Part shown: positions 38,551 to 52,360 of the stretch, piece by piece | How positions within the stretch are numbered: position 1 is the first letter of the stretch | Layout of the letters: each line of letters begins with the position of its first letter | Program-made: the position numbers and the translations under genes | From: Nymphaea colorata | Taxonomy: Eukaryota | Reading direction: 5' to 3' | Length of the DNA: 64,000 nt | Assembly (NCBI RefSeq): GCF_008831285.2 | Contig: NC_045138.2 | Coordinates: 6,510,001-6,574,000 of the forward strand | The notes under the pieces: generated by a model | Told to the model about the DNA's origin: nothing | Database searches by the model: none | Seen by the model: the letters and a program-made list of their open reading frames with translations, nothing else

Positions 38551-39149
38551 TTGAAGGCATCCAGTCATTTTAAGTTTCATCCAATCACGGCTACCCAAAC
38601 CATTATCAGGCAAACACGACCAAACAAACTGTCCATAACATCGGACACTCGAAATGCATTGGTGGTGTGTTGTGAAAGGCCCAAGGATTTGACGAGCACT
38701 GGCAAAGTGAAGCATGAGGGCCGCTGGGGGCTTTGCTCGTGATGTGATGTGATATTGCTTCGCTTTGCGAGTTTGGCACACTCGCTTACTTTTGCTTCAC
38801 TCGTTCCCTCATGCTTCACTTTGCAAGTGCTTTGACAATACATCAACAATTTCCTCTCCTTGGGAGAGATTGGCCATCCTGCTTGCATCATGCCGCGGAA
38901 AAATCTGTGTTTGTCACTGCCTCAAAATAACGTGCTCAATGGTAGAAAGATCTCGTTGAAACTATGGACACCCCAAAGAATCGATGAGAAGCTGCAAGAA
39001 TTCGACGCCAAGCAACTCAACCTCGATGACAATCGACTTACGCGTCGATCTCAGGACGACTGCTGCAATGTGTCGAAAAGATCGGAGCCGCTCAAGCGTT
39101 GCAAGAGGCTCATGCCGGCGCATGTGGTGAGCACCAAGGGGGACATCAG

Positions 39150-39330
39150 CTATCGCAGCGTATAATGAATGCGTGAAGGCTGGCCTACCATGAAAGGCGA
39201 TTCATTCCAGTTTGAAAGCTAAAGCATGTCGAAGATGTAAAGAACATGGGTTCCATGTACCGCATTCGACTCTGCATCCGACCATGACTCCTTGGCGGTT
39301 CTCAGCATGGGCATTGGATATAGTTGGTCT
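39150..39330 (+). mobile_element. Gypsy (Tat-like) integrase N-terminal fragment
   Basis: WPTMKGD...CRRCKEH...LHPTMTPWRFSAWALDIVG, similar to the integrase at ~25200-25370. Confidence 0.7.
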
Positions 39331-39739
39331 ACAATTGATCAGGTGGAGGTTACAGGTTGATACTTATGTGAATGGTTCCACTGGAAAACTGTATGGGAAT
39401 GGTTAAGCTCACTTTAATTTCAAAATTCAACAAAAATACAAGATAGTTGATCAATTATTAGTGTTATAATATAATTACAGCAGTAGCTGAGGCAACTGTA
39501 GGCTGATGTTGGCTGTTGCCGGCAGGAGCCTTTGAAAAGGCACTCAAGTAAAACCATGTGGACTCTTCAAATGTTTTTTTTTTTTTTTTTTGTACAGTAC
39601 TAAAAATAACATATTACATCCTTCAGAACTATGTAAGCATTTTACTATTTATGACCTAAACAAAAAATATTTTTTTTGGTTTGAGATGAAATGGTCTAGC
39701 AAGGAGGGCTAGCTTTCTGCAATGGTATATATATATATA

Positions 39740-39794
<55 letters not shown>

Positions 39795-41149
39795 GACATT
39801 TCTTCTATTTTTCAACTTCATATCTGTATCCTCCTTTTATAATACATTGATATTACAAGAATTCAAAATAAAAACTGATTGACCCTTGCTAAGTTCAAGT
39901 TTTAATGAAAAAGAATCATCTCCTCAATCTAATCGCAAAGGGAACAATTTGATTCAAATCCACCTATTCAGGTTGATTCCCACTGATTTTACAACAATGC
40001 TTTCAACTCAATCCCTTGAATATCAAAAACAAATATCAACGATAATATATAGGAATTGGATAGATTCCCCAAGACTAAGAGATGCACCAGTTACCTGAAA
40101 CAATTCTTTGTAAATAAGGAAGAAGAGGATTCTCCAATCTTCATTTTCATTTTTCTCCATATATAATTCTACTTTTTTTCAATTACTTGATTATTATGGT
40201 TTTTCAATTACTTGATTATTATGGTCAACATTCCATGAAAAGTACTGCCCACTTGCTTTCACATTGTTGAGGGCCAAATTTTTCCAATCTTCCTTATCAT
40301 TTTTCTCCATATATAATTGTATTCTTTTTCGTTATTTAATTTCTATTACGAATACTCAACGAATACAACTGTTCACCAGTTTGTACCAATGTCATCAAAG
40401 TCTGTTTTTTGGATGGAATCAGAAAGATAGATGATTCAGAATAGGTGAATCGGATGTGAATCAGAATCGTTTCTGAATCAGATTTGATTAAAGATGTATT
40501 AGACTCTTGTCCATATAAGTAATAGAAAATCAAAAATCGAATCAAATGAACCGATTCCAAATAATTAAACTTATGAAAAATGAAAAGCATATAAAAGTTT
40601 TTTAAAATTTTAAAATATTTGAAAATAGAAGATAAATTAATTAGGTATTGCACCGAGGACATTCAATTACATTTTTGCAGGACACTGGTTTTTACGGTAG
40701 AACTGTGGGGATAGGTTGTGTGTCGGCGTGAAGCTGCAGAAATGCGCCTGACTAAAATGAATTGAATGCAAGGAGAAATCACTAGCAATATGCCCTCAAG
40801 TGTGACGTGATATGTCATGCTCATCCCTCATGAGGACAGTGCAGGGAATCTAATTAGTTGTGTTTCAATAACTATGGCAAACCCTTTTTCTTAGAGATTG
40901 CTAACTAATCGAAAGCACATCTAAAATCAATTTCGGGATACTTCTTATCTTAATAATTAGTAATGACTAATGAGAGATCTTGTGATTTGTAATAGCCTAA
41001 TGCAACATAAGTATGCCCATCTAGCCACTCATACATTGAGATATGAGTAGACTAGATGGGGTCAAAAAAATCGTTTTTGGCTCGTGTCCAGAAGGGATTT
41101 ATATATGCAAGATTTCTGCATTTTTCTGTCCTGAAGGAATCTAATTACA

Positions 41150-42302
41150 TATGTATGTTTTTTTTTCAAAAAAAAAAAGGTTGATGAAATGATGCATTTG
41201 TTAGATGTTATCCTGTGACCAACAAACCGGAGGAAGAAATAAAAGATTTGACTTGATTTTTCTTTTGGTTTTGATTCAAACACGTAGAAAAGGCATTTTA
41301 CTTTCTTGAGGCGATGAGTATGGAGGATGGAGCAGTGGTGGTGGGCATGATCTGCAGCAGATTAACTTGAGTTTTGGCCGTGAAGAAAAACAACACACGA
41401 TTTTGGGGCATTTCAAATGCTTGTTACTTGTTACAAACCATGAATACACTTAGTCTCCCTTCCCCTTTAGGAGCATTTCAAATTCAGTTCCTTTTTCCTT
41501 GCATTCTTCTCGCTTCACATTCGCGTTCTTCGATGCCAGCAATTGACTAGTTTATCATGTCGCTCTTTGTTTGTTTGCTTTTTGCAGTTTATTTTGTATT
41601 CCTTTTATTTTTTAGCTCCAGTATTCCTTTTATTTTTTAGCACCTTTGTCATAATCTTTGTTGTCGAATTTTTCATTTTATCGGTTATATATGCATATAT
41701 AAATAAAAGTACAGCATGTATGCCAAAGACAAAGTGGGGAGTCGAATGCTCTTTGTTGAGATCTGAGACCAACTGAAATTCACTTATCGTTAAAGTGTAC
41801 AGCCGATTCCCCTATGCAACTGATAGATATGTGGCCATCTTTTACGTTATTTACTATATGTCCCCATCTATTTCAAGAAACTCATACGTAACTTCTATCT
41901 ATAAGAAATATTAGCATTTTAATCATTTGCTGACCTTGCTGGAATGCAGTGACACTGTCGGGCTCGTCTGGTAAAACCAGAGAGGGAGCCCAGCAACGGA
42001 ATAACGACGGTGGTCGTATGTAAAATTTTTTGAAAGTAACCGAAAATTTACATGGGAGCGGAGAATAAAGGTTGGAAGGGGAGGAGGCGGGGAAAAATCT
42101 TGATCCTGGGGATATAAAAACCCCCTTGCTCACGGTTCTCCCTCCACGCCTTTTTCCCTCAAAACCAAGCTGAGATTTACGTAGGAGAGGAAGAAAATGT
42201 GCACGCCACCATCTCCTCCTCCAGCTTCCTCCTCTTACCATCTCTTCCCAGACCAAAATCGTCAGCTCCCCATCAAAGCCACGTCCTCCCTCTCCAACCA
42301 CG
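41150..42302 (+). repeat. Direct copy of ~31210-32346 (left arm of the fold-back up to the MATE fragment)
   Basis: Shared FRCWAPSLVLPDEPDSVTAFQQGQQ reading and collinear DNA; diverges after CCTCCCTCTC..ACCACG. Confidence 0.9.
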
Positions 42303-44409
42303 TTGAAGAACAGGTCCACTTGGCTTATAATGTCACATCTAATCTCAAGATCAACACTACTCCTCAATACCATCACGATAGTGCTCTCCAACCCAACCTC
42401 ACCCATTGCGCTACCCATCACTTGGTGGGAGGGAGAGAGAATGAGTCTTTTTCTTTGCATTTTAGGGAAATAGTGCCTACAAGAATCAAACCAATGACAG
42501 TTAGGTTTCCTACAAACAAGAAAAACATTTCCTGCTTATTTACCTTCTCCTGGGAAAGTCATGCCCCTCATGCAATTGCAAACCAAATTTTGCAGTTTCT
42601 CTTGAAGAATTAGTAGATAATAACAAAAACGTTCCTTAAAGGTCATACAAACACAGGACCACCTCTTAAAAGTTGAGTCCAAATGTTGCTGAATGCAGTG
42701 ACTAATGAGAAACAATTCTGCACCTGCCCCCATTGCCTTGGTTTGTCTTGAAATCAGTTTGGTCTTCCTTGGGTGGAAGCTCTGATTTCTGCCCTTTGTT
42801 TTTACCAACTCTTGAAACACAAACTTTTCCTAGGAAAATCAATTCGCTGAATTGAGTGGCAGTTGCCCACACCAGTTTTACAACTTTTGTTTGTCTTATA
42901 GATATTTGCTAATTTGTATCCACCGGTTCCCCTTAAGGAATGAAAATATCTGGTTCGGCCACTACGAAGTCAGAATCTGAGTGCATACAATAGAAAATTG
43001 GCAAAATCATTAAGAAGGGCAACTGCAACCCCAAAATGACATTGATAAACCACAGGGTCTCAAATGATCAGGAAGTATATCCGATTTGTATTGGACTTTT
43101 TCCCCTCTTTTGGGTTTGTGACTAGATCTCGATCCAAATTAGATGGAGCAATACAACCAGATAAGAAGTCTAAATCCAAACCATTGACCTAAACCATGAG
43201 ATTTGAAAGAAGTTCATGCAGGTAACATGTTGCTACAACTGAGAAAAAAAGGATAAAATCCAAATTGATACTAAAAAAAGCTGATGGAATCCCTATCCAT
43301 TTAGTTGGACTTGGTATCCAGTACCAGTAATTTGATGAATAACTGAATTTGGATAGGGTGTTTTCGTCATGTAAGCTGGATGCGACTTCGGCCACCTTTG
43401 GTGCCTACACCAGAGCGGGTCCAGCAATTCTAGCTCATTACATGCCACAAATTGACCATATCTCTGCTAACCGCAGCCCATGATCTACAAACAGTAATGA
43501 CTTCTTGTGGAGCAAGCAGAATTAACCATTGATGGAGTAATTGAGAATAGGAAAGGAGGTCATCTATGTCTCCAGTTTTAAATTTGGAGCGTGTTTGGAT
43601 CTTATCAGAGGAACCGCATGCACTTGTGGAAAACAGGGTAATATTTGGTCACGGAAAGAGAATGCAATGCCTTGCTGATCAGAAATCACGAGTTCAAAGT
43701 CCGTTGTTCCAAACCCCACACAATGAGAGCAAATATAGTCAACTGATCCCACGCCCTTGTAACCATGTCATCTCCTGATCTAAGATGAGTAAATATATAT
43801 ATATATATATTGTTTGGTCCCAGACCATTAGGTCAAGGACAAAACCAGATTGCGTAAATGCCATAATGAAAGTGTTTTTCTTGTAACCTAACCTTATTGA
43901 TATGACATTAAGAATGAGTTGATAAAAAACATATATTAACTTGATCATTTTTTTGGGAGTTTAATGGTGGTTTTATAATGAGCAAACATGAGCAGCTCCC
44001 ATAACATCAACATTTTGCTAGCAGAAAAATCTATGTTTTCCCTAAAACTAACATGAATCAAAGTTTTTTTTTATGAAAATAGTTTTTATAATTTTATTAT
44101 GATGCTTATATTTTGCTTAAAACATTTTTTGATAAAAATTTAAAGGATTTGGTTTTTGTCTCTGACTTAAGGGTCTGGGACTTATCCCTGACTATGTATA
44201 TATAAAAGAAGAACTCGCTAGCTATATCCAGATGGAAATTAAAATGGAGGTTGTATCCGCTAAGAATAAACAAGAGAGTGAGAGAGAGAGAGAGATGATG
44301 AAATGAAAATGCATATTTAACCAAAAAAGTTAGTCATAATAATATAATAGCTCATCACAGTCCAACTCCTCACCTACTACTGTTAACCTTTCCCCCAAAT
44401 GGAGTCTTA

Positions 44410-44700
44410 CCTCGTCCAGCTGATCGACTGCGGGGCATCTGCAAATTGCCAACGATCCAAGCTTCGAGAGCTAGAAAAAGTCTTCCTTTGCATCTGTGTG
44501 AAATGTTGTTGCTACTGCATCTTTTTTCAGAGAGGGTAGAAATGTTGATGCCTCCGATGGCAATGGCGATAGAATTGTGGATTCAAAAGCTGCCTCCAAT
44601 GTCAAGTCAATGAGGTTAGGGAGGGGCTTAAGCAATTTCCATCCCAATCTTGCATTTGGCTCTTGAAAGAAAGAGTCCGGTGACATGATATGGTGGCTTA
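44410..44700 (-). pseudogene. Possible LRR (NLR C-terminal) remnant
   Basis: LPNLIDLTLE...LSKLGSLAICRCP resembles the LxxLxxLxIxxCP pattern. Confidence 0.35.
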
Positions 44701-45546
44701 TGGGAGGCCCATCCTAGGACACATTAACAATACAACATGATGGACGATCTAACAGGTAGAAGAATGTTAGTTGAGCTTCCCCCGCGTGACACTCCATCTC
44801 CATTTCCCTTAGTCCACAAATCCAAAAATTGAGGTCAAAATTTCTAACCAGCACGAGCACTTAAAAGTGTATATATATATATACATATATATATATAGTC
44901 ACAATATAATTTTTTATTGTTTACGATATTGATCTTCCTTGATCTTCTTTGTCAACATTTTATATATATATATTTAATATCCAGTTGCAGATTTTATGAG
45001 AAAGAATAGTCCCATCAACAAGTATCGGCACTTTAACCAACCTACAGCTTAATTTGGACTGTGGCGAGTCCATGTGCTTGGACAGGTCAGCTAAATCATT
45101 CAATCCAACCTCACTCCAAAAATGGGTCAGGAAAAAGAACTGCTCCCCAAAACCTTTATCATGATACATTTCTCCTGTATCACAAACCGCACTAAAGAGT
45201 TATTACGTGCTTATACTTGTGTGAAGGTTTTTCTATTAAGACCAAGACCTTAGAGGTCATTTGGCAGTAAAGTTGCTATTTGAGTATTTCAATGATTGGG
45301 GCAGGTTAGTTGGATACTAGAACTATTGTTCCATAAACCTGTTCTAATATTGGAGGTAAAGATTAGATTCAAGAGACACTTACAAAGTGTCCCTACCACC
45401 CAACTACTTCTTAATAACCTAAAGCCTAGAAACAGCACCTACCAATCACTTTAATGGAATTGATGGATTCAGATCAAGTTGTTAGTCAACAATCATGACC
45501 TGATCATGGTTATGGAAGTAACAATTTAGGTTCGATACATTGTAAG

Positions 45547-45752
45547 CAAGGGCAAAGCCAGGAATTTTTTTGTTGCAGAGACCTAACTATACTTTCAAAA
45601 TTTTAATATTGGCCAAAGTATAACTTTTCATATTTTTTCTATAGGTGAAACTGAGATTTATAAAATTTGCATATAAATATTTGAAATTTTAAAAATCTTG
45701 GGGTGGGGGTGGGGGCATGACCCCTGCCAGCGGTTTCCTGCCTCCAACCCTA
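45547..45752. mobile_element. hAT-type MITE
   Basis: Degenerate TIRs CAAGGGCAAAG / CTCCAACCCTA; perfect 8-bp TSD ATTGTAAG. Confidence 0.8.
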
Positions 45753-46349
45753 ATTGTAAGCCGTCATTGTTTTTTTACCTTTTTATGCATCAAAATAGTA
45801 AAAAGGTAAAGAAAACAAGGAACGCAAACAGTGATTCATATTTTTTTTAGAAATATTGGTTTTAATGATTTTTCTGTATTAATTATTTTATCAGTTTAAA
45901 ATATTAAAAAAATTAGATCCCAATAATTTAAACAAGTTGTGAAATCAGTTATAGGAGAAATTAAGGCAGCGACAAGAATATGCTAACCGCTGCCCACGAT
46001 CCAGAAACAGTAATATTCTTTACTTCATTATGCTGGTTCGTGGAGCAAGCAGAATTGACCATTGGTAGAGTAATTGAGAGTACGATAGGAGGTCCATGTA
46101 CGCTTCCAGTTTTAAATATGGAGGGAGTTTAGGTCTGATCCGTATGTTCTCATGTGAAACAGGGTTGTTGGCTGAAGCAGGTTATATATCAAGGACTACG
46201 CATGATTTTTTCATGCGCCATTTTAAGGACAAAAAAGAAACCAAAAAGGAAGATTTTGAGGCTTAGTAAAAGTAAAACGTGTCAGTCTCATTATCACCAA
46301 TATATTCCTCTGAGTGGCAAAAAAAAATTTTGGTTTTTTTTTTTTTGTC

Positions 46350-46785
46350 CTACTCATAGCTTTATCTTATGCATTTGTTATTATCTCATACATCTTCTGT
46401 TGTTTCATACATACTATCTCATTTTTCTGTCATTATCTCATACCATTGTCATTATCCCATTTTCCTGTCGTTATCTCATTCATACCCATCACTAACTCAT
46501 ACCACTACTTATCATTATCTCAGACACTACAAGTATGAGATAATAGGTATGAGACATCAACACGAATATGATAATGACTGAGGTATGAGATAATGACTAT
46601 GAAACGTTATGAGTTCATGAATAATAAGTACGAGATAATGACATGGGTATAAGATAATGAGTATGACATAATGACAATAGTATGATAATGACAAGAGGTA
46701 CGAGATAATGTGTATGAAATGATGACATGGATATGAAGTAATGACAGAGGTACGAGATAATGATAGAAGTATAAGATAAGTGCAT
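46350..46785. repeat. Fold-back array of ~20-bp subrepeats (CATTATCTCATAC left, GTATGAGATAATG right)
   Basis: Orientation switches at ~46525. Confidence 0.7.
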
Positions 46786-47012
46786 GATAAAAAATATTGG
46801 TTGTGCACATTGGGCCATTAAGGTAAAGATGCATATTGGTAGTAGGGCCCACATTTAGCATATGCTCAGTATGTTCATAGAGCAACATACAAAACTTAAC
46901 ATCATTGTTGGGTCTGCTCAAAATAGCCTGAATTCCTCATCAATTAAAGAAAAAATAATGTCTTCCTGATCAGAATATCAATAGTTTAAAGTTAGTTGTT
47001 CCAAACAGCTTT

Positions 47013-47046
<34 letters not shown>

Positions 47047-47599
47047 GCACACATATATAGATACAAAGATACTGGGTGTGGTGCTATAAATAAAATCAAA
47101 GCCTTTCCTTTGAAAAAAGCCTTACCTCCATTAAGAAGAGACTCACAGCCGCTACACCCTTTTATTGTGCCATTTAAAGTGACAAACTATATTGGGTCAT
47201 TTGGCAAAAGGAACATTGTGTCAGTGTCTTATGAATCTACCCTGACTATTGAGGAGGTGAAATAACTCACTTGTTCAAGTATGCTCACGTGTCTGCTTTT
47301 GCAGTCATAATGTGTGCATATATTTGTAATTTGAGCTACTAAATTACAGTGGTGGCAGCCTTTGGGAATTGCAAACAAAAACATAATAGCAGAACAGATA
47401 AAGAACCCGAAGAAATTCAAGTAATTGTGCTTTTCCTGCATCAATTTCTTTTCCCTCCAAACCTTATATTGCAAGATTCTCTTTTAGTTTATTCAAGCCT
47501 TTCGGTTGCATGGTTCACCCATTTCCCTGGCCGACTCTTCTCTGTCACTCTCATTTAAATTCAAGGTTTGCAAGTTACAAAGTGTACCAATCAATGTAG

Positions 47600-47850
47600 G
47601 CAGCGCTAGAAGAGCTTAGGTTGAGATACTTTAGAAGTGCAACATCTCTAATGGAATCGGGTAGCTCATCAATCTTACAACCATTCAATGACAACACTCT
47701 CAGCAGACTTAAATTTATGAAATTTGCAAGATTAACTGAAATTTCAACAATCTCTGCAACTTGTAAGTTGCTGCACGCGAGGCATTGCATATGGCTGTTT
47801 CTGGATCTCCACATTGACCAGTAACAAATGGTGGTGTGCTCATTAGCAGA

Positions 47851-47940
<90 letters not shown>

Positions 47941-48060
47941 CAAGGTCATGGACAATGAATGTCATGCAGCTTGAGTTTCTTCTCCTGGGTGTATTGAGTT
48001 GAGCATTTTCAATCAAGCAATGTCCACATGATGGAAAGTAGTTTGGAGTCAAGATTTTAT
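47600..48060 (-). pseudogene. NB-LRR resistance gene fragment (MHD region to first LRRs), interrupted by a microsatellite
   Basis: FIVHDLA, then (CT)n(AT)n, then LSLLRVLSLNGCKIDELPDSIRDVALLKYLNLS. Confidence 0.75.
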
Positions 48061-51000
48061 GTGCATGATTAAAATTACCTAAGGGAGTCTTTTCCTTTCG
48101 ATCAATAGACCAAATATCATACGCATTTTCAAGCCAAAAAAGAGAAATTATCTATTATGAATCTGGTTATCTATATTTATCCAGCCATCTAATCAAGGCC
48201 GTCCATCTAAAGAAGTGAGAAAAAAAAACAAAACTAATATTAGATGATGAAAATATTCATCATTTTTTTCTCTTTTTTTTTTTTTAACCGTTCTTGTTGG
48301 ATCTAATGGTACATATTAGATGACTGAGTGACAATAGAAAACTAAGAATCACCATTCAATTTTTCTCGTTTGTTTCAATTGAGTGTATTTTAGTTATTTT
48401 ATATCGGTAAGCTCATTTAGTCCGTCAAAAACTTACCTGTCACTCTAATAACCCAAAAATTTGCAAGTCTATGTTCATCATTTTTCAAACATTTTGTTGC
48501 GAATTTACAATAAATCTTTCAAGAATTTTTTACCTCAAATGGATCATCTTCCCCTAAATCTTTCAAGAATTTTGCACCTCAAATGCAGCATCTTATATTT
48601 TCCTTTTCTCTCTTAAAATCTGTTTTTCTCTCTTTTATATTAATCTCTTTCTCTTTCAGCTTCTCCCTTAAACTCTCCATTTCTATCTCTTTTTTTAATC
48701 ACCAATCTCTTACTTTAACTTCTCACTCTTCATCTTTCTGTCTCTCTTGCTCTCTTTGATTTCTATATTTTGATTTCTCTTTAAAATATTTTTTCTCTTG
48801 ATTTTATTAATGTTTCCTCTCTTTGATTAGTCTCTCTCTCTCTTCAATTTCTATCTCTTGGATTTATCTTTCAAAATCTGTTTTCTCTTTTTTTATTAAT
48901 CTCACTCTCTATCTCTCTATCTCTTTGATTTTTTTCTCTCTCTTTCTCTCTTGCTCTTTTCATTTTCTCTCTTTTATTAATTTTGCTCTCCTTCTTTCTC
49001 TTTTGGATTCTTCACGCTCCTTCTCTTTAAATTCTCTCTCTCTATTAGTATAGATTCCCATTTTATGGCGCTCTCTCTCTCTGTCTTTATGTCTTTCTCT
49101 TTCTCTTTCTTTTTTTTCTTTTTGAATACCCCTCTTTATTTGTCACCCACTTTTTCTATCTTTTTATCTTATAGTCTAGATCTAAATTCTTATTTTTCTT
49201 AGCTTAAAATCTACCAACTTGGCCGTGACCAATCAAGGCCACACACGTTGCAATGTGCCCATGCCCAACAGTGCTAGCAGCCAAGAGGTCAGCCTGCACC
49301 AATGACTTGACAAGTGAGCTTCCAGTCATGCAGGCTGCAGCAGCAGGAAACAGATGCTGGAGAGGCTAATGTGGTCATTCTGACCATACCCAACTCGGTC
49401 ACTGTTTGGCCAGAAGGCTACTCTCAGCTCGGCTTAGTTCGGTCGCACTCTGCGCATTGGACTGCGATGAGTCCACTTGCAGACAAGCCATGGACCAGGC
49501 ACAGTCAATGCCTGGCCCAATGACACGGCTGCAGGCCCTTTGCCAACATGGAGGCGCCCAGACATTCCAAGTGCTGGGCCTTCAAAAATGGGCATCTGGG
49601 GGCGCAGCCAGCCATCAAATCTGAATGTCATCCCGGCCACTTGATTGGCTCCACGTTGCCAAGGCAGACCTGTTCAGAACACCCAAGGGACCCGCTAGAC
49701 CACACTGGCCCATTGGGTGCCTGTGCATGCTGCCTGGTCTCCTCCCAGTGCCTCAGCCCCACAAACACGGACTCTCCTCGGCCTCGGCTATTGGCCAGTG
49801 CTACCCATCCGCCTCAGCTTGCTTGTCCCCCGTTCTACAGAGTCAGGGGCTGAAGAAAGGGAGGCTCGCTCCCACCTAATTGAAAAAAAAAAGTTACATT
49901 AAAAAAATTGAAAATTTGAAGTTGAGTAAATTGTTTTTTAGATTTAGGTTAGTTTAGCCCTACCCAAATAAGTTAGTTGAACTGTTTGACCTACCTCTAA
50001 ACAAAAGTCCTCCCTTCGCCCCTAGCACCGCCAAACCCTGTCTGGCGACCTGGCCAGCATTGATAGAACTGGCTAAGGCCAGCCCACCACCTTCTCGCAT
50101 TCAGCTGGTGGCCGGCCTATGGCCACAATCGCTGCACATGGCTAGGATCTGGCCGATGAGTGGTCGGCACTGCCTGCCTTTTCTCGTACACCCTTTGGCC
50201 TTCTCTTCATCTGGCAGCTAACGTCTTTGCTCAGCCAAGCTATCTTCTGCCCTGTGACTTGGCTCTCGACCACGATTGGCCCTAGGCCATATGACACCAG
50301 TTAGGTGCAGATCCTATTCTGGTCTGCGAGACCCCAGCTTCACATTGGCTGCTTTGCATTCAGATCCATGTGATGCATGGCCCTGGCCATGTGGCCTTAG
50401 CCCATATGGTAAGGCTAGGTGGGTCTTACGCCACAGCTAAAAGAAAGTTAAAAGTAGGGGTGGAGTTAAAATTTTTTCATGAGGGAACTAAAGTGAAGTT
50501 TTTAATTTTGACTATGACCCAAATAGCATTTTTAAAAATTTTGATATAAAATAAATAAAATTTTTTAAAATTTACATGTAAATTTAAAAAAAAAATGAGG
50601 TGGTGTCAGGGCCAGTCCACCCCCAGTTAAGAGACTCATGATCAAGTTTGTAGGACTGGCCTTAGGATACTCAATCACCCAACGCCCATTGATTTTTCTC
50701 TCTTCCTTCTCTCTCTCTCCCTTTCTTGCAGAGGATGATTCTCTCCCTCTTTCTCTTTCTCGGATTTCTTTCTTAAAATGTCTCTTTATTTATTTCATTT
50801 GTCTCTCTTTCTCTTTGATTTCCTTCTCTCTTGCTCTCTATTTTATTATTCGGAGGTCACCCCAATATAATAGAACAAAATAATGGATATTTACAAATAA
50901 AAAAAATGAAAATCTGGGGGACAGCTTAGGCGGTAGAGCATTTAAAACAGATTATAAACCGCTGAACAAAGCATTAACAAAAAGGAAGTAACATCAAAGG

Positions 51001-51686
51001 CAGGGTTAAAATTAGACAACGAAATGTAATTCCTGCAGCAGAAAAGCATAGAATTTCTGAACCGCTTTTTCCTTTTTAATTTCTCGCATAAAATTTCTCT
51101 TACTGTCTTTTATTAATCTTTCTTTCTTTGTTCAATTTCTTTTTGAAAAATATCTTCAGTCCCTCTATCTCTTTGATTTCTCTCTTTCTCCCTCTACCTT
51201 CTATTCTTTCTTAAAATCTCTCTTTGTCTCTCTTTTTTAACCTCTTTCTTCTTCCAATTTCTCTTTCTCTCTCTTTCTCATTTCTATTTTAAAATCGCTT
51301 TTTCTCTCTCTTACTCTGTTTCTTTTTTATTTCTCTACTGGAAGTTATTTTCTTTCTCTTTTATTAATCTCCTTGTCACTCTTTGATTTCTTTCTTAAAA
51401 ATCATTTTTTATTATTCTCTTTTTTTTATTGGATTTCTCTCTCTCCCTTCTTTCTCTCCATCTTTTGTTATTGATAACTGTAAACATGTTTCACAAGTGT
51501 TTTATAATAAGCCTCTAAGGAAACTTTGGTGACTTATCCTAGGCTCTTCGGTAAGCCATAGCTCATTTCTGGCCTACAACAAAAATGACTAAATCAGTAA
51601 ATTTTTAAAATTAAACTTACAATCTTAATTTCTACCAAAAACTAAGATATCCTCTTGATTACTTTTTAAAAACCTTTTTTGTTCTT

Positions 51687-51759
<73 letters not shown>

Positions 51760-52137
51760 ATTTCTTTCTCTCCCTCTTTATCTCTCTCTTTCTCTTCTAT
51801 GTCTCACTTAAGTCTTCCTTTCTCATTTTTTTATTAATCTATCTCTAGTGAATTTATTTCTTTAAATCTCTTTTATTAATTTCTTTCCTTCTTTCTCTTT
51901 TTCTCTGGTTCCCATTTTTAAATTCTCTTCTTCTCTTTCTTTTATAAGGTTTCGTAAGTGCATATTTCTGGGTTATCCATTTAGAAATAAGGCTTGCACG
52001 TAATATGATGTGGAAACTAAAAAATGATTTGCTGCGGCAAAGTGGTTTTTCATTAATGTATATTTCCTTTTCAAGAGATTCAAAGCTGTCCAGCATCAAG
52101 AGTGATACCTATAACTTTGATTGAACTGCCACCCAAT

Positions 52138-52360
52138 CAGGGCAGAGGGAGGGGGCCCGGCCTAGGCCAAGGCCTCACCCCAAGGAATTGAAAAAAAAAT
52201 GCATTGAAAAAATTGAAAATTTTTTGTTTCATCGATGTATTGTTTGGATTTGGGTTTAGTTTGGTCCTACCCAGATTCAACTCACAAAACCCAGTCCATT
52301 TCGTTGCAGTTCGTTGGACCACTTGACCCGCCCTCGAAAAAAATCATGGCTCCGCCCCTA
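52138..52360. mobile_element. hAT-type MITE
   Basis: TIRs CAGGGGCAGAG / CTCCGCCCCTA; perfect 8-bp TSD CACCCAAT. Confidence 0.88.

Noticed and set aside
41882..42613. 192-aa and 138-aa ORFs as genes
   Set aside because: They span a duplication junction, have no recognisable domain, and the frames are not preserved in the paralog at 31.9-32.3 kb.
43000..43780. Possible LINE or gene remnant (partly repeated at ~45980-46160)
   Set aside because: No diagnostic motif could be read; left unassigned.
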